Below the pieces are notes generated by a model. The model had not been told where the DNA came from. It saw only the letters and a program-made list of their open reading frames with translations, and ran no database searches. 64,000 nt of DNA from Phoronis australis (lineage: Eukaryota > Animalia > Phoronida). Shown one piece after another: positions 14,501-29,634 of this stretch. The stretch's first letter is position 1; each line of letters begins with the position of its first letter. The position numbers and the translations under genes are program-made. Location of the stretch: NCBI GenBank assembly GCA_002633005.1, contig NMRA01001015.1, positions 1 through 64,000 of the forward strand, written 5' to 3'.

Positions 14501-15337
14501 ATATACAGATGTATAATTTTGGATGAATGTCTGACTAAATTATCCACGGCAAGTGTGATGGGTCCATATTCTAAAACCTTGGGACTTTATAGGGTAGAAA
14601 TCTTTTTGAATCATTGAAACTATTTCCCCAATGGGTTAAGTAGTCATTTATATATTTAATTTCTCTAGTTCATTTCCTTTTTACGTTACTATTACACGCT
14701 GTTATTTTTCGCATTTTGATAACATAATTGTTTCTTAAACCAGTCAGGTATACGGAATGATAATAATTTATGAATTAAATTATTCACCTTGTGCTTCTAG
14801 TATAACCAACTAAAGAACTGGCAATGTGTTTTCTAATGAGATGGCTCTCATGCAATTCGTTTGAAAAACGAAGGAGTTGGGGAAAAGTTTTAATGACAGT
14901 AAATTCCACAGCAAATGAACAAACAACTCTTACGCATGCGTGGCGCAACCTCAGCGACCGCGAAATCGGAGTTGGCATTCCAGGCGCGCGTTCAGTAACG
15001 CTTACAGGACCTAACTAAAATCTATACGAAGTCACGTGTTACCATTCAAAATACACGGCTCAATATTTCACGTAATCCCGCGAAGTCTTGGTTTTTAGCA
15101 AGATCCTAGTATTAATAAACGCCGGGGAGGCAGGGCTAGAATTCTATAGTCGCACCTATCGTATAGCGTAATTATCACGACTCGATAGCACTTTAAATGC
15201 TGTAACAGTTGAGTATATGTGGAGCTGGGCCAAGTGTAGGCTAATATTACGCAAGTCGTTCCCGAAAATAAATGTTGTAATGAGTTTCTTATTGTAAAGT
15301 TTTAGAATTTACAAAAGCAACGAATTTTATTGTTTTG

Positions 15338-15624
15338 CATGCGCGCACCCCAAGGCCGGGGTGGCTCGGGGGGTTCGAACGAAACCCCCATTTGGCGAAG
15401 TGGGCAAAAAGGTCCGCCTCTGAGAGACAAAAAGTCCGGGAAAATGGGACAAAAGTCTACTAAACAAGCGTACCGCACTCCATAGTGGCGCTCCCGTTTT
15501 TTTTTTTTTTTTTTTTNTTTTTTTTCTTTATTTTTTTAGTCCGCCCGCTCTTCTGTTAGCAAAATGTCCAGAACGCCGGCAATTAGAGCCCCCCCCCCCA
15601 TACTGAAGGCTGGGTGCGCGCATG
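15338..15624. mobile_element. MITE with CATGCGCGCACCC termini
   Basis: TIR CATGCGCGCACCC/GGGTGCGCGCATG, flanked by TTTTG on both sides. Contains an n join at 15517. Partial relatives at ~13835, ~37760-37863 and ~42893-43043. Confidence 0.65.
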
Positions 15625-17093
15625 TTTTGTAGCCTCGAGCAAAGTTAATATATGTAATATCAAAATATACCATAAAACAATGACCCCAAAATTGCGTTTT
15701 TCGGTAGTAAAAACGACAACGTTCCCACAACCAACTTTAAAAAATATTTTTGACTGAAAAAGACGGAAAATAAGCTAAACACGCTTAGCGCCCATTGTTA
15801 CCTTTCGTCGATGGCATGTTTGCTTAACGACGAAAAAACGTCAAACTTGAGGGAATCGACAGCTTCTTTGAATTATTCACTTTAACCCCCCCCNCCCCTC
15901 AACGCACACGGATGGTTCCACAGCCAGATACATGTGCAAGTGTATATCCAAGAACCACCTGGTTTCTATTTTAAAGACTTGTTCTTCGTTTTAATCAAGG
16001 GCTGAAACAACCAGGGTGCTCGTGAAAACGTGGCTGACATCGCAAATTGCATTATTGATACTGATAGTGTCGTTTTTAAATGCCCTACAAAATTGATCGT
16101 ACTTAGTGGTCAGAAATAAAAAAGAGACCACCCTGATCAGTTTGAGAATACCATGGCAACTGACGTAGACTGTTTCTCTGGTTGAATTTATAAATAAACT
16201 GGCAACCAGTACCATCAATACTTCATTTACTTAATGGTAAGTCACTAGACAAGGAAGTTGTTATGGAAAGCTAAGTCATCTGGGGTTGTCAAGGTAGCAA
16301 AATTGGTCCAAAAATATACTGGCGCTGGCATCCTCGCATTGACGTTCAGGTTTCTTCACGAAATGTAAAGCAGAGGTAATGATGGATAAAAGGGCAGGAT
16401 GTGAGTTATAGGTCTGCAACTCGATCTCAGAGTTTTGGGGTATAAAAACACTATGATAGCAGCCCTTCTATATTTCAACTACCTTGCCATTTGATGAATA
16501 GTGCCAATACAATATCAAAAGTATAAAACGCCTCAGAAAGCTCTACAGCTCACTACACGTAACAGCTGCCCATTGTATACATAACAATACTTCTAGGCAT
16601 TAAAGGAGACATATTCAGTAAGCATAAATAAAACATCTACCATTCACACAGTAACAAGTGTGGTTTTCAAAAATTAATCCACGACAAAGCTCACTTAACA
16701 AGATTCCCTCTAAAAATGGATCCAAATCGCCTACCGCGGAGATGGAAACTTTTGACTAGAAATTTTTTGCACTGACATGACCATCGCAATAATTTCAGCT
16801 TGCACTGAAACCGGAGAAACCTTTTCAAGATTTGATTCATTATGGCAGTTAATGTAATTATATAGCAAAATATTGTTTTAGAAACAATTCAAAACATGTT
16901 ATGACTAGAAAGCAACTAAACAGCCTACAGTCTTTGAATTGCTACAATTCGTCTACATAAAGCTCTGTAAAAATGATAACAAACTCGGGCACATTTATTG
17001 ACCGGCCGTCAAGACTGGCAAATTGACAAAAATGTCGAACTGGCCAATGACTAGACAAACAGCTAAACCCATTGCAATAAACTAACTATAGGT

Positions 17094-20000
17094 TTAACTA
17101 ACGCCCTCTTTAGCGACACTGAATGGTGTTTCAACAGGAAGCGTTCCACTCTTCGCGATAACGACCTCTTTGATTGGACGATCCTCACTGTTGGTTGCTC
17201 CAAGTTCAATCTTCTTCACTATATCCATGCCTTCAAGAACCTTGCCAAACACCACGTGCCTGCCATTCAACCAGGAGGTCTGGACGCACGTGATGAAAAA
17301 CTGGCTACCATTGGTATCAGGACCTGCCACAGAGTAAGAATAAAAAACGTTGATATGTTTCAGAAACACAAGTTAGACATGTCCTCCATCTAACTTTCAG
17401 CCAACATGTTCACCATACTAACATTAGTTTCCATTCATAAAAATCAACTCATTTATTTATGATTTTAAGGGGTGTCACTGAATTAATGAAGTGCAGATTC
17501 TACATGAATTCTTGAGACACCAGTTGAATAGAAGAAACCGATAAATCACGCCACCTAGTGGATGGTCACCACCAACACAACTGTAGTCACTCAGGCAGGT
17601 GTCAAACGATAGACTAATGACGTCGTGGTGCGATTTTTCGGTTTCGTCTATTGATTTACCTTTGGCAATTTTGGTTCCTTGCAACCTTTCAGTAGAAACT
17701 AGTGACCACCAGGTGGGGTGATGATCAAGCTATTCCAAACACTGGAAAACTTGTACCCTCCCTTGTCTCTGTTCATACACTAATCCAAATAGACTGATAG
17801 ATTCTTTAGCCCCTCCATATAGCATTTCACAGCTGTCTTTACACAGTCTAACAGGGAGATAATCGTCTCCTCCACATGCCCCAGACCACACAACTTGGGT
17901 AGGAAGCCAAGAACAATGCGAAGACGAACACCGTACTTTTCAACCCTGAAGTAGGGTGCCACCTGGGTCAACCGTTGCATTTTGGGAACATTGTCGGGCC
18001 ACGAGCCCAAGTACTGCCTACTAAGAAAACATTCTTCAAGGTCAACAACTTTAATCTACAAGTCAACAAAATCTCGAACAGAGACCCCCTGGAAAAATGT
18101 ACTAAAGAGCAAGTGTCAAGTCTCGTATCGGAAGACCGACTTTAGATGGACGTTTCTCATTAAAGCTTGCTTTTAAAAACTGAATAACTTAGAGGTGAGG
18201 TTCCTAATCTGCACTGTGGGACAGCAACTTTATGAAGCAAACTGATAGAATCATCTGAAGATAAAGAAAAACGTGGCCTCAGGAGCTGCACAGGGCGAGC
18301 AGCCCTGTTCACTATATCAGTCACAGAATTTTGTCCATTTCCGATATCTTGGCAATCGATGCTCAGATACAACCGTGTACTGTGTTGATAACTTCCTCAA
18401 GGAGGACTTGCTCAGCATGGTGATGTAGCTGAGTTTCTATGCCCTTCGTTAAAATAGCCCTGGTCTCAGGTTCCATATAGTTCACTTGCCCTCAATTCAC
18501 AATAACACATCTTCCATATATTGTTCTCACAGATAAGACAAGGAAGACACTAGTCGAAGGCTATTATCCAGCACAACTTTAATAGTAAGTTCCATCAATG
18601 CGTTAACAAAGAACTGGGAATAATCAGAACTCCGTGGGTAAGCAGATGGGACATAGTATGGACTATGATACTTGCCGACATTATTTCCAGGTACAGTCAC
18701 CGTGGGTCATAGAGATGGGTTACACTCCGCGAGCACAGTGGCGATGGCCCGATTTTACTGAATTCCATGTAAATGCAAACAACCACCAGTGACACTGGAC
18801 TACCAATTGGCTTCACCAATCTAAAAACCAGTTACTATGAACTGTGGAGTAGGTAGCAACCAATTCAAACCTTAACAACTGAACAATGTCCCTGGCATCC
18901 AGTTCTGAGCTTGTCTCTACTATACTTGATAGCATCTAACCAGAATTGATGCAGTAGAGATCACAGGGAAAATCTCATCGTCCTACACTTTGGTAAAACC
19001 TCCCACAAGATGCTTGAGTTCTTAACATGGTGCTCATTCTGGCCAATAACTGGGTGTAAAATGTCAGGTGATGTTATCAGTCTATGTTAGTTTTGTACAC
19101 CATGGTGAGGTGCTTAGTGGTAGTACCATTGACAGTGACCTGAGAACTTTATCAATCAAGAACACCAGGGAAGGTATACATTACCTAGGGAATGCAATAG
19201 CCTGATCACCACCCCACCTAGTGGTCATTAGCTTCTGAAGGTGGCTGCATGCCATACGGCGGCGCCACTGCTAAGGTGTTAAACTCAACTGGTTGTGTTT
19301 CAAGAAATCAGTAATTTCATGGTGACAATCTCTTATTCCTCTTTAGCCAAAACACAGCTTTTGTGCATCAGTAAGTTACATAGGAAAGTTTGGTTAATTA
19401 CAATTTGTCACATATCCAGCATTTTAGTATGAATTCATATGAATGGTACGATAGCTTACTGATAAAATTCATATGAATGTCTAATACAGCACTATTTTTC
19501 ACGCATGGTTTAACACCAGTTGAGAGAATTGATATGGTTTCTTACCAGTCACAAAATACCAAAAGAGGTTTGACATGAACGAAGCTATGAATGCTAATCA
19601 GGCAGATATCAAACTGATTATCACTGATATGAAATGACATTTACTAAAATGAAGGGAAGAGAAAGCGTATGCCAAATTCCACAAAGACCTATGGAAGAAC
19701 GAAGTAGATATAGAGACAGAATGGGGGGGCCTACATGGAAATGGAAGTTAGGGGACAAAGAATAGATTAAAAAAGTCTGAACCAAGGCAGGAGCTGTTGT
19801 CTCTTTCAAGGAAATTTCTTTCTTACATGTTAATTTGGTAGATATTGAGGTTTACGTAAAAAACTTAAGATTATCGCTAGATGTCACAGTAGTCACAGAC
19901 TCGTCCCAAAATCAAGGTCATAACAACTCTGAACGAAACACAAGAACCCAATTTCATGAAAATCCATCACAAAACTAGGTAAATATTGAGACAGAAGTAA

Positions 20001-23000
20001 AAAACTAAAGTGCTACTAGGGAGCGCTACAGTAGTGATGTTCTTCTCAATAGGAATACATATACCAAATGTCATCTTAATCCTTTGAGGCGGATGCCAAA
20101 AACAGACTCAAAAATAACAACAGGGGCAGAAGAATATGTCGAATCCATCCAAAGTCAAGATGATATTGACATTGTCTTAATAGAGATTTCAAAAGAATCC
20201 ACCAAGGAATTTGGTTAATACTGAGCAAATGGAAAAAATAATGTTACTACGGTCATGCAACAGTAGTCAGATTCATTTGAGTCATCATAGTTATCACCTT
20301 CATTACATCTGCCAAATTTCACAAGATAATACCGGGGATACAGCTGCGGACATCCAGACGCGCAGAGCAATATCAGAGAAATCACTCAGGAAAAGTAAGA
20401 TGGATTGTCAAAAAGCCATCAATTTTGACAGTATTTGCTAACCTTTCCAAAACTTTGCTGCTTTATGTCCATTATATGTGATTACCATTAGTGGTACAAA
20501 CCAACTGCAGTCATGGCAAGGAAAATAGATATCAGACCATCACAGTTGAGCCTATGTCATGACTTTCATGTTCTGGCCACAAGCAACAATTTTTAGCATT
20601 ATCAACATAGGTAGGAAGAAAATTTCAGTAATAATGAATAAAAATCCAGACAGTATTAACAACAACCCTAAAGCAGCTTGCATCAGAATTGTAAAATGAT
20701 GCCTAGAACACTAACATTCAGTTAAATTATGCCTAACCCTCTAACACGGATTTCAGTTCTTACCAGAATAAAAACTGGTTTTCGTTCTTGCAAAGAGCTA
20801 AAAAGTTTCAATAACAGCAGGCAATATACATCAGGGCTCGATTTGGCGATCTGCAACCTCAGGCTTTGTTTGGGGTGCTGCCTTGGTAAAAATCCCAAGT
20901 TACTATGAAGACTCCGGTTTTTGCAAGTTGCAACCAAGTGAAAACAAGTCAGACAAATATCCATTTTCGCACCTCCACATAAAATTACAGGGTTTACTGT
21001 TTTGGTGAGCTCGTTAAACATTTGGCGACCAGGTCGCATTTGACAAGTTCGCATTATGCTAAGCCACCTAAAATTGAAAGCAAGCACCGTCTTTCACCAA
21101 ACCACCATAGCTGTCACGTATACACATATTTGAAAGTTATACAATACAAGTTGTTAAGTTAATCATCCATAAACCAACTCAGCGAAAAAAGCTCATCCAT
21201 TTCCTGATTTTTGTGCAAGTGCATATACCAGCGTTTTGGAGACGTAATGGAAAGTTTTCATTTAAAAAAGTTTTAGTAAAATCAGCTGGGGTTATTTTGC
21301 TGTGAATGTACCTTTTCTTGTACATGAAAATTTGACTTGAAAAACATGGTCACATGACAATAGTAAAGACATAGTAGTAAGAAGCACGTTATTTAGAATC
21401 CTCGATCTTTCTCGTTTCAGAAAATAAATACTTTTAATGGTTGACAAAGCATAGTCTTTTCAATTTTTAACTTGAGAGTTGAGGTCGTTTATTAAGGTCC
21501 TAGATAAAGTTAAGCCCTATGAGCAACAGTGCGTGTGCAAAAAGACTGGGATAATGTACAATGTACCAGCATTAGCCATGCTCAGCCATCCCGCGCCGTA
21601 GTGAGCCAACTTGAAGTTCTCATCATCAAAACGTTCACCAAACACACTATGGCCACCTGTACCATCACCCTTTGTGAAGTCGCCACCTGGAAATGGATAG
21701 ACAAATAACTGTTGTCATTTTTTATTCTAAAATTACACACATATATTTCAAAGCCTGAAGTTCGTAAGTAGCAAATATTGGGAAAAGAACATTGGCTAAC
21801 GAAAACTGAATTCTAACTGAATTCTACACTCTGTACTCTTGACTCGAGTAGAAAACTGCCCAATACGGCAAGGCATGCTTCGAGTAAACTGACAAAATTG
21901 TAATCCAATAGTGCCATGTGAATGGTTAAGTTTAAACCTTGAGTCTGAGTCGAGCCTGAGTTCGGATATTAAGTCCTGGGTCCAGACCATATTTCAATTT
22001 CAGTAAATTCCTCTCAAGTTCTATTGCTGGCCAAACATCATTTGACTGGATTAGATTTAATTGCTGTCTCCTTTAACTGTCTCAGTGGAATGACGATGGT
22101 GAAGTAAAGCGTCATGCAGCATCCTTCTCACATGTAGACAGTCATATTAGCTTTCAAAGTTAAATCAAACACTTTGTGAATCATGGCTATTTGGTATGTG
22201 GATTTTAAACAATCGTCTTAAACACGGCACCCATTCACATCGAGCGAAATGCACTGTCGAGCAACGCCGTTCAATTAGAAATGTTTACTTGGTGTGATAT
22301 AATATTTAGACATACCAAATTGAAATCAGATTCTAAATCGAAATTTTGCACATGCAAGTCATCACTTAAAGTTATTTAGAACCCTCAAACAATGGACAAA
22401 TTTGGCAAAATCTCAAGAAATACCTGATAGTATGCAAATGAAGCTTCCATATATCATGGTTTATGCACTGTTTTACAAAATTCTGTTTGGAGTTTTTTAA
22501 ATTGTCCACTTTTGCAGGAGGAACTAACAAAAAACAGGACTTTTATGATTTTTATGAAAAAAACATCAAAAGTTGCATATAACGAAAACAAAATCATAGT
22601 TCAGAAAACTGTAAAATACTTTTTGGGATTTTATATAGAACATTTAAATATCGAATGAATTTTGGTCATGTTATTGATGCGGTAACCGTTATTTTGCTAC
22701 ATATGAACCTTTTTTTGATAACTTTTACTAACTTAAAAATATTGGTATCAAGTCATAAATCAAATTCAACAGCGCTATTTCCATCACCCATTGGCACACA
22801 TGATCCCAGCTAGAAATAACAGCGCTATCTTCCTTCCCCATTGGTACAGATGATCTGGGTTAGAAACATCAGCACTATTTTTCTTCCCCGTTGGTTCACA
22901 TGATGTGGGGTAGAAATAATACCATCTTCTTTCTCAATTTGCTTGTATTGAGGTTCAACCAATTTAAATTGGCACAAAAATATTCTGGTAATAATGGAAC

Positions 23001-25623
23001 TTGTAGTAAGGCCAAGTGTTAAAACATTCTACAACATTATCATACCACCGACAATCTGTATCCACCTCAAATTACCTTGAACCATAAACTGTTTGATGAC
23101 CCTGTGAAATTTACTACCAGCATAGCCAAAGCCTAGATCCCCAGTTGACAGTTTGACAAAGTTGTCCACAGTGCGTGGAACTGTCTTCCTAAACAGACCA
23201 AACACAATTCTTCCAGCTGGCTCGCCACCAATTTCCACGTCAAAGTACACCTTGTCAGTAACTAGGGTATCATCATTAGCTGCCTGTAATAACAGTATTG
23301 AAACTATAGAAAGAGCACAATAACCACATTGTAAAATACATTCTTCCTGGTCACAATTAAGGTTCTGACACATGCAGTTTCATGAGGAAAGCCAAGGTTT
23401 TAGACAATACTTTTACTAAAAAGAGCACTGTCGTCACATACATCTGAGTTCAAGTTTCATTGCAATCCACCTACCGGTTCTCCAGATATTATTCAGAAAT
23501 GCTACTTCTCTAAAAAGCACTGAAAAAGCCCCTTGTTGATAGCAAAACGGCCACTAAGACGTGCTGTAGAGGTTGAATCCACCTCTACGCCAAGTTTCAT
23601 CGAAATCCGTCGATGAGTTCTCTAGATATCATCCAGAACCGCTAAGCCCAAAAACCCTAAAAAGCCCCTCCCTTTGACTCTCAGGGGATGAGGCCATTTG
23701 AAAAGTAGCATATACCGTTCTAGGTGGTGACCAACACCCTTGTCCCAAATTTCATCAACATGCGATCAGGGGTTTTTGAGTTACTGAGCGAAGACCTCTC
23801 CACCTGGACAGGATGACGACAATACTGCCATCACATGACATATGTGGGTGCACAGAAATACAGATCCATGTTTATTACTGTTTGCAGGGTTGGACTTTCA
23901 ATCCGTGCAAAAATGGAAAGTGAAGTATACGACCCAGCAAAAGATCTGCATCTTGGTTCTGTATAATCCACATCCATTCCCAAAACACGAACACACAATA
24001 ATAGTCAGATACATGGGTCCCTCCCACAACTTTAAAACTACCCATTAGAAATTAATCAAAAATATCTGACTCGATTCGTCAATCGATACTCTCCAACCAG
24101 GTGGTGACAGAATTAAGCTCCAACATTTTTTATTTTAATGTATGCTCTCCAATACAACCCTACAGTCGGCCGCCTGCCATCATTTTATAAGTATGCACTG
24201 ATGGAATGTTATATCTATGAACACGTAATTGAGGATTTGCACACACGCATCAACTTGCGAAGCGTTAAGCATCAAGGAACAACTTAAAATAATAATAATT
24301 CCTTGAGATGCTGATTGAATTTACTGGGTGCGCTAATTCAGTGCCTCGGAAAAGGAAATACATGTGGTAGGGATCCCAAAAGTAGTGAAATAACTCAATT
24401 TTACGCCATGATTATGCATTTGGGAAAGCTTCATTACCATCAACTGATTCAATTACTAGTAATTGGTGAAGTGCAAAATTAAGCATATTTAACCAACCAA
24501 GTTGTTGCATCCCGTCCACTGACATCGCTGAAAGCTTTGTCAAGCGAATATCACAAAACGAATGTAATTGACCAATTTGTTGGATAAATAGTCAACTCGA
24601 GCTTTTGGGTGGGAATGACAACTTTGCCCATACTCAGTATGGCTGAAGCACCAGAATATTTGTAGGGAGGTGGCCAGTCATTACTTTGATATTAGTAAGC
24701 CCAATAATGGGCCTGTTTTTGTTTCTTTTTATGTTTTATACTTTTTATTTAATATTTTTGATATTTCATCATTTTCCTTAAACTTTTTATAATATTTTAT
24801 CATTTTCCTTTCCGGTGTTACCGCACTGCCTCTCACACCACATGATATCGTCCAGCTACAAGGTAACCCGGCAGATGCTCGCTGATTAACACGCTCATCG
24901 CCATCAATTATCTCTTAACATTTTTCAGTACATTTAAAAAATATGCATAGTTTGTGTGGCTGCCAGTCACAGGGTTGACAAAACTGCGAAAGTCACCACG
25001 TGTGATCAATGTAGGGTGGGTTCAATAAACGACCTCTACTCTTAGTCAAATATCTGCCTTTCCATCTACCGACCAGAGGCAGATGGTTGTGGTAATTGTT
25101 GCGCCGTCCCACCAACGGCAGGCAACCAATTCCTTGGGCAGAGCTGTACGTAACCTGAGCCAGCTAGATGCATGAAGATCATCTGGTCAGTTTTTACCCA
25201 CATCGGCGCATACACCTTTGCACCAAGGCTGGGCTATACGCACCAAACCGACTCGGTCTGTGCATAAAGCTCTACCACGGCTAACAAACCTAAAAAACCC
25301 GTGTTTTTTGCGAACGCTGAATGACGCCTGTTCTTTGGCAACCATGACTGGCGACACTACCACGTTGCCTACAGCCACAGGCTGGAGGTTTGCCTAGGTG
25401 GCACAGCACCGGAAGTTTCACGTGTGCAATATAAACCACTGACCCACGTTGACTTTTCTTTTTAATCAGTGGTAAAAGCGCTGTTGAAATGGAACTCATA
25501 TTTTAAAATGATCCTGGTAAGAACACACTCTTCCAGTCTCGCACGTTGTTCCCAAAGTCATTGACAGTGGAGAGTACTTACAAGTGATACAGCGAAGAGG
25601 GTACAAAAAACTAACACCAACAT
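17094..25623 (-). CDS. PPIB: Peptidyl-prolyl cis-trans isomerase B (cyclophilin B), 199 aa (exons 25623-25582, 23283-23076, 21686-21567, 17323-17094)
   Basis: Signal peptide [15 protein letters not shown]; [80 protein letters not shown]. All junctions are GT-AG and in phase. Confidence 0.95.
22768..22930. repeat. Minisatellite, ~50-bp unit x ~3
   Basis: Recurrent (TAGAAAT)AACAGCGCTAT...CCCATTGG.ACA.ATGAT unit in PPIB intron 2. Confidence 0.7.
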
Positions 25624-28227
25624 CGCCGGGGTCACTCTCGCGGAAAAAAGTATACACAATAGATGGCGTGTGTCACTCTGCTTCACGCAGTAAGAGCAAA
25701 GTCCCTGGGATTTTTCCCACCACATGGACGAAATACGCCTGTCGTCTACAGTACATCTACTAATCTAAAAAATGACCCCAGCAAAGCTGAGATTAAACTG
25801 GATCTCGTAATTAATTTTATAAATGATATTTTATTAATTTGTGAATGACTAGCTCAGTCGTTACCCATCATGTCTCAGTGTTGCGTTCTTATAGTTTTAA
25901 GTGACACCCATCAAAGTTCCACTCACGCTTGATTGTTCCATTAACCCGCCAGGCTGGCAGCCAAGCTTAGTGTTTTAATGCCATTGCCAGTACTGAACTT
26001 TGATTAACTTACATCAGGTGATATCGATTTGAATTGAATAGGTCTATTAGTTCTCACGTACTCAGCACGGCGAATTATCAGTGACGCCAGGACAAAATTT
26101 ACGTTAGGAAAATTTGACACGTAAGCGGAGACGGGTCACTCGGCTGTCGCATTAGTCACGGGAAATCCATGTGCTTGGAAAAAAACAACAATTACTTTCA
26201 GAGCTATTGCAAGCAAACCGTTGGTTACTGAGCATTACAACTAACTCCCTCATTGATTATTTAATTAATGTCACCCCGCCGCCGCGGAAGATCAATACCC
26301 GTCGTGAAATTTCCTCAGTAAAGTCAACTGATCAGCTCTCCTTTCAGTGAAGTCAAAGCCGAAAATAGCATACTTACGAGAGACAGAATCTCCCTCAAAC
26401 CGGCTCAACACCAAATCTAGTATATAGGCCTACTACACAATTTTTACACTAGCTAACTGCCGGCGTCATCTAAATGCATCACCACTGCACTGGCAATCCC
26501 TAACACACCTTTACTTTGTGATTATGCTTATCGTTCTCATACATGATGCTCTCATTTGTTTCGTTCATGACGCACTGAAATATTTTTGGGACTCCGAGGC
26601 ATTTTTGATGTCCTTACACTGACGGCACTTGAAAACGGGCACTTTCACTTACACACAAGAAATTAAGTCAGAGAAAACTTTGATAGTTTTTCAAAGATTT
26701 TATAAGAAAATTAATTAGAGTTTAAAATCCGAACAGACAACTTTTAGAGAATTTTTTTCCTTTCCAGCGAACCCCATGTCTAACAAAACAAGCTTTCAGT
26801 AGAAGCATGTTGAATACAAAGAAAATGGTATACGAAATGCTTATTATTAAAAATTGTTCGACTGAAATTAGTGGACCTAAGAGTACGACTATCCCCTCTA
26901 ATCAAGCTATTTTATATTATTTCTTATACGTATCCTTTCACATTCCTCTGGTATCATGAATTCATATATTGTCATATCGGTACTCTGTATTAATGAGTTC
27001 GAAACTTGTTTGTGATATTTTGTTTACTATTTGTATTCTTAGTTTTTAGTTTGGTTGTAGACAGTGCGGCATGAAGTTTTACTCATGATCGGGTGACCTT
27101 CGTGCAAACGGCCTCGGGGAAGCTTTTTGAAGGTTTGACTAGTCTTTAGCCTGCACTGTTGTTCTTTTATGCAAAATTGGTTGAATACCCGACACGAGTC
27201 GTTGTTAACAATCTTTATTCCTTTCCGTTCGTGTTCGGCTTGGAACCGTGGCAAAGTTCGACACTCAACAGAACATTGGTAAAGCAACTGACCAAGACAT
27301 TATAAAAGACAAATGATATTTCGAAACATTTCTTGTTTCATTCTCAGTCAGTATACAACCACAGGGCAAGAGCTGCAAACATACCCTGTGCGGGACACAC
27401 GGCAGGTGCCTGTGAAATGCTGCAAAGAATCACAAATGAAGGGGGGTAACAGGAAAGTCACGCAAACAAGTATATAAGAGTGCGGCGCGACCCTGTTGGC
27501 TGCTCATTCAAAATAGGCTTCTCGAATGCAAAGGGACTCCCAACACTTTCAAGCGCAGCACGTGCTCTACGTACCGAATCAACGTGTTTTCCACAATTTC
27601 TTGACAGGTGATTTTACGAGAAAGACAGCAAACCGTTTGACCAATGTAACATTGCTTGACATTTGAACGAAGACATTCAGAGCATTCAAACTCATAAACA
27701 ACGCTACACTAACGGTCAGACTTAATGACGAAGTTTTATTACGATAATAAATAATGACATCGACGTAATCATCCGCCTTACAAACTTTAACATTGCCCCT
27801 AATGATTTTCTAAATGGCGTGTCCGTCCAGAGCTAGGTAGTGGATATAACATTTTGCACCTTTTTGGCCAGGTCATACCGCCTGGTCCGACTTTGCAGTG
27901 GATTCACAATTAACTCTGGACAGTAAATCGACCAACGGTCTACAAAAGCATTTGTGTACTCATTATTATTGTTCTCTTACTTATACGTATAAACTGTAAT
28001 TGCATCATAGCTAAAATAAAAGTAGGTTTATTCTTTACAGAATCGAGTGTCACTGTGACGCCGGTACCGATTGGCACATTCCATTAACTCATCAACTGAC
28101 TTTAGTGCACTAATAAAACGGAGTGAAATTTAAGTGGCCTGTACTTTTTACACCCCTCCTTAAGATGAAGGAAAATACTTGCTCAGGTGCTCAATGTACT
28201 ATCATAGGCGGATTTAGGGGGGGGCCC

Positions 28228-28943
28228 NNNNNNNNNNNNNNNNNNNNNNNNNNNNNNNNNNNNNNNNNNNNNNNNNNNNNNNNNNNNNNNNNNNNNNNNN
28301 NNNNNNNNNNNNNNNNNNNNNNNNNNNNNNNNNNNNNNNNNNNNNNNNNNNNNNNNNNNNNNNNNNNNNNNNNNNNNNNNNNNNNNNNNNNNNNNNNNNN
28401 NNNNNNNNNNNNNNNNNNNNNNNNNNNNNNNNNNNNNNNNNNNNNNNNNNNNNNNNNNNNNNNNNNNNNNNNNNNNNNNNNNNNNNNNNNNNNNNNNNNN
28501 NNNNNNNNNNNNNNNNNNNNNNNNNNNNNNNNNNNNNNNNNNNNNNNNNNNNNNNNNNNNNNNNNNNNNNNNNNNNNNNNNNNNNNNNNNNNNNNNNNNN
28601 NNNNNNNNNNNNNNNNNNNNNNNNNNNNNNNNNNNNNNNNNNNNNNNNNNNNNNNNNNNNNNNNNNNNNNNNNNNNNNNNNNNNNNNNNNNNNNNNNNNN
28701 NNNNNNNNNNNNNNNNNNNNNNNNNNNNNNNNNNNNNNNNNNNNNNNNNNNNNNNNNNNNNNNNNNNNNNNNNNNNNNNNNNNNNNNNNNNNNNNNNNNN
28801 NNNNNNNNNNNNNNNNNNNNNNNNNNNNNNNNNNNNNNNNNNNNNNNNNNNNNNNNNNNNNNNNNNNNNNNNNNNNNNNNNNNNNNNNNNNNNNNNNNNN
28901 NNNNNNNNNNNNNNNNNNNNNNNNNNNNNNNNNNNNNNNNNNN
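28228..28943. other. Assembly gap (N run)
   Basis: About 716 N. Flanks look like the two ends of a G/C-run MITE (GGCGGATTTAGGGG... / ...TAGATCCGCCGCTG). Confidence 0.95.
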
Positions 28944-29634
28944 NGCATCTATAATCGTGGTTCAGTTTGCGCAAATGCTTACAGCCGGACAAAATTTGGG
29001 CCCCCCCCTTGTGATATCCTAGATCCGCCGCTGACTATAAAGCTTTACAAACAGCACTAGCACGAGTCAAGATTTTTGGAATATGCATACTGGTCAAAAA
29101 CGAGCTTCGTTTTATGTGTCCATGCCCTGTCCTTGGTGATGAGTGTGGGTCGAAATTTGTTGACAAATATGGCAGATGATGCCAGAGTAGTATTATATCA
29201 AAACCATGATCTTTGCGAATAAAAGAGTCAGGCGGCTATATTTTTCAGAGCAACGGGTGCTGCATAAGCGAGAGCTGAAACCCGGTCGTAGTAAAGTTGA
29301 GCCAAGGGCAACATTGATTTTAGATTCAGACAAAATAAACTATATCTAGCTTGGTGCCGCTTTCGCATGGGCAGTAACAGGGTCTGTGTAAACCCCGGTT
29401 GGAGGCTTGCCCGGCCCGGCAGCCGGTGTCCCGGTACCGGATTTCGACACTCGTTGTATGATATTCTAAACTCTCATGCGGTTGCCCACCATGCATTATG
29501 TTGCATCCGGGTAGTCGGCTCAGTCCTCATGTTTGTGGTTTCTGGCAGCAAAGCAATATTGCCACGTAGACAAGAGAGGCATCCACACGCACTGAACTGA
29601 CACTCGAACGGGTTGCTATAATCGTACTATTAAC

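Noticed and set aside
12265-15500. ~1.7-kb tandem duplication (12265-13997 vs 13999-15500)
   Set aside because: The junction is a single n and the copies differ by few SNPs plus one ~235-bp indel; most likely two alleles scaffolded in tandem.
28123-29022. Long ORFs of 244-299 aa
   Set aside because: They consist of translated Ns.
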